Below, in pieces: positions 63,569 through 64,000 of a stretch of 64,000 nt of DNA. The stretch lies in NCBI GenBank assembly GCA_964016885.1, contig OZ024741.1, forward strand, positions 51,584,001 to 51,648,000. The letters are read 5' to 3'. The stretch comes from Eledone cirrhosa (Eukaryota). Under the pieces are notes generated by a model that did not search any database, was not told the DNA's origin, and was given only the letters and a program-made list of their open reading frames with translations. A program made the position numbers and the translations under genes. The first letter of the stretch is position 1. Each line of letters starts with the position of its first letter.

Positions 63569-64000
63569 AAACTATATTTAGAGAAAATACAAAGTGATAC
63601 AAAGGCAGCAGTAAATTCACACTAAGTACCTATAGGCAAACATAAACACACTGAGAGGCACTCCTAAATTTTAAGGTTCATTTATTCCAAGCAAACAATG
63701 GGTATTCATTAGTGAGGTCTGCAAAAATAGTCAGGTGTCTACAATCACACACATATATATATATATTTTCAAATATGCTAAGCAGATAAAAAGGAAATTC
63801 TTAAGTGGCTGTGTTAACATGCTGTGTTAAAGTATACAGAATAGTCAGGTCTTTATACCCCCCCCCTCACACCCACATACCCACACACACATAAACACCC
63901 ACATGTGTGCACATACATACAAACATATCTATAAATACACACATATACACATTCATATACATACACATATAAAAAAAGTTTCTTATATATAGCAGTCCTT

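Noticed and set aside
63676-63722. Possible upstream peroxidase exon (ttttgcAG|..LTNEYPLFAWNK*)
   Set aside because: Hits a stop quickly, has no donor, and does not convincingly match the expected ITY.E.LP motif.

Overview
Eukaryotic (animal) genomic DNA. The AT-rich, (TA)n-rich background and the SINE/RTE/Penelope repeat types suggest a coleoid cephalopod such as Octopus (inference, not verified). Bases 1-41389 are one uninterrupted tandem array of a 65-bp G/T-rich monomer (~635 copies) with kb-scale internal duplications; the hundreds of ORFs called there are artefacts. The array stops 33 bp before a spliced exon. That exon and two more (41423-41521, 42800-42903, 44101-44230, + strand) splice in frame into the C-terminus of a USP40-like deubiquitinase, so the satellite fills an intron of at least 41 kb. 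On the - strand, four exons (59069-58505, 56384-56224, 55396-55294, 49648-49561) splice in frame into the C-terminal half of an animal heme peroxidase, convergent with USP40. The peroxidase introns carry a 5'-truncated Penelope-like retroelement (RT + GIY-YIG, 22-bp TSD, minimal hammerhead ribozyme motif in sense orientation), a 2.6-kb 22-bp minisatellite apparently born from a retroposon 3' tail, inverted SINE pairs and long hairpins. The remainder is RTE/CR1 relics, tRNA-derived SINEs, MITEs and microsatellites. I found no firmly established new system; the best leads are the giant intronic satellite and the ribozyme- and dsRNA-rich peroxidase introns.
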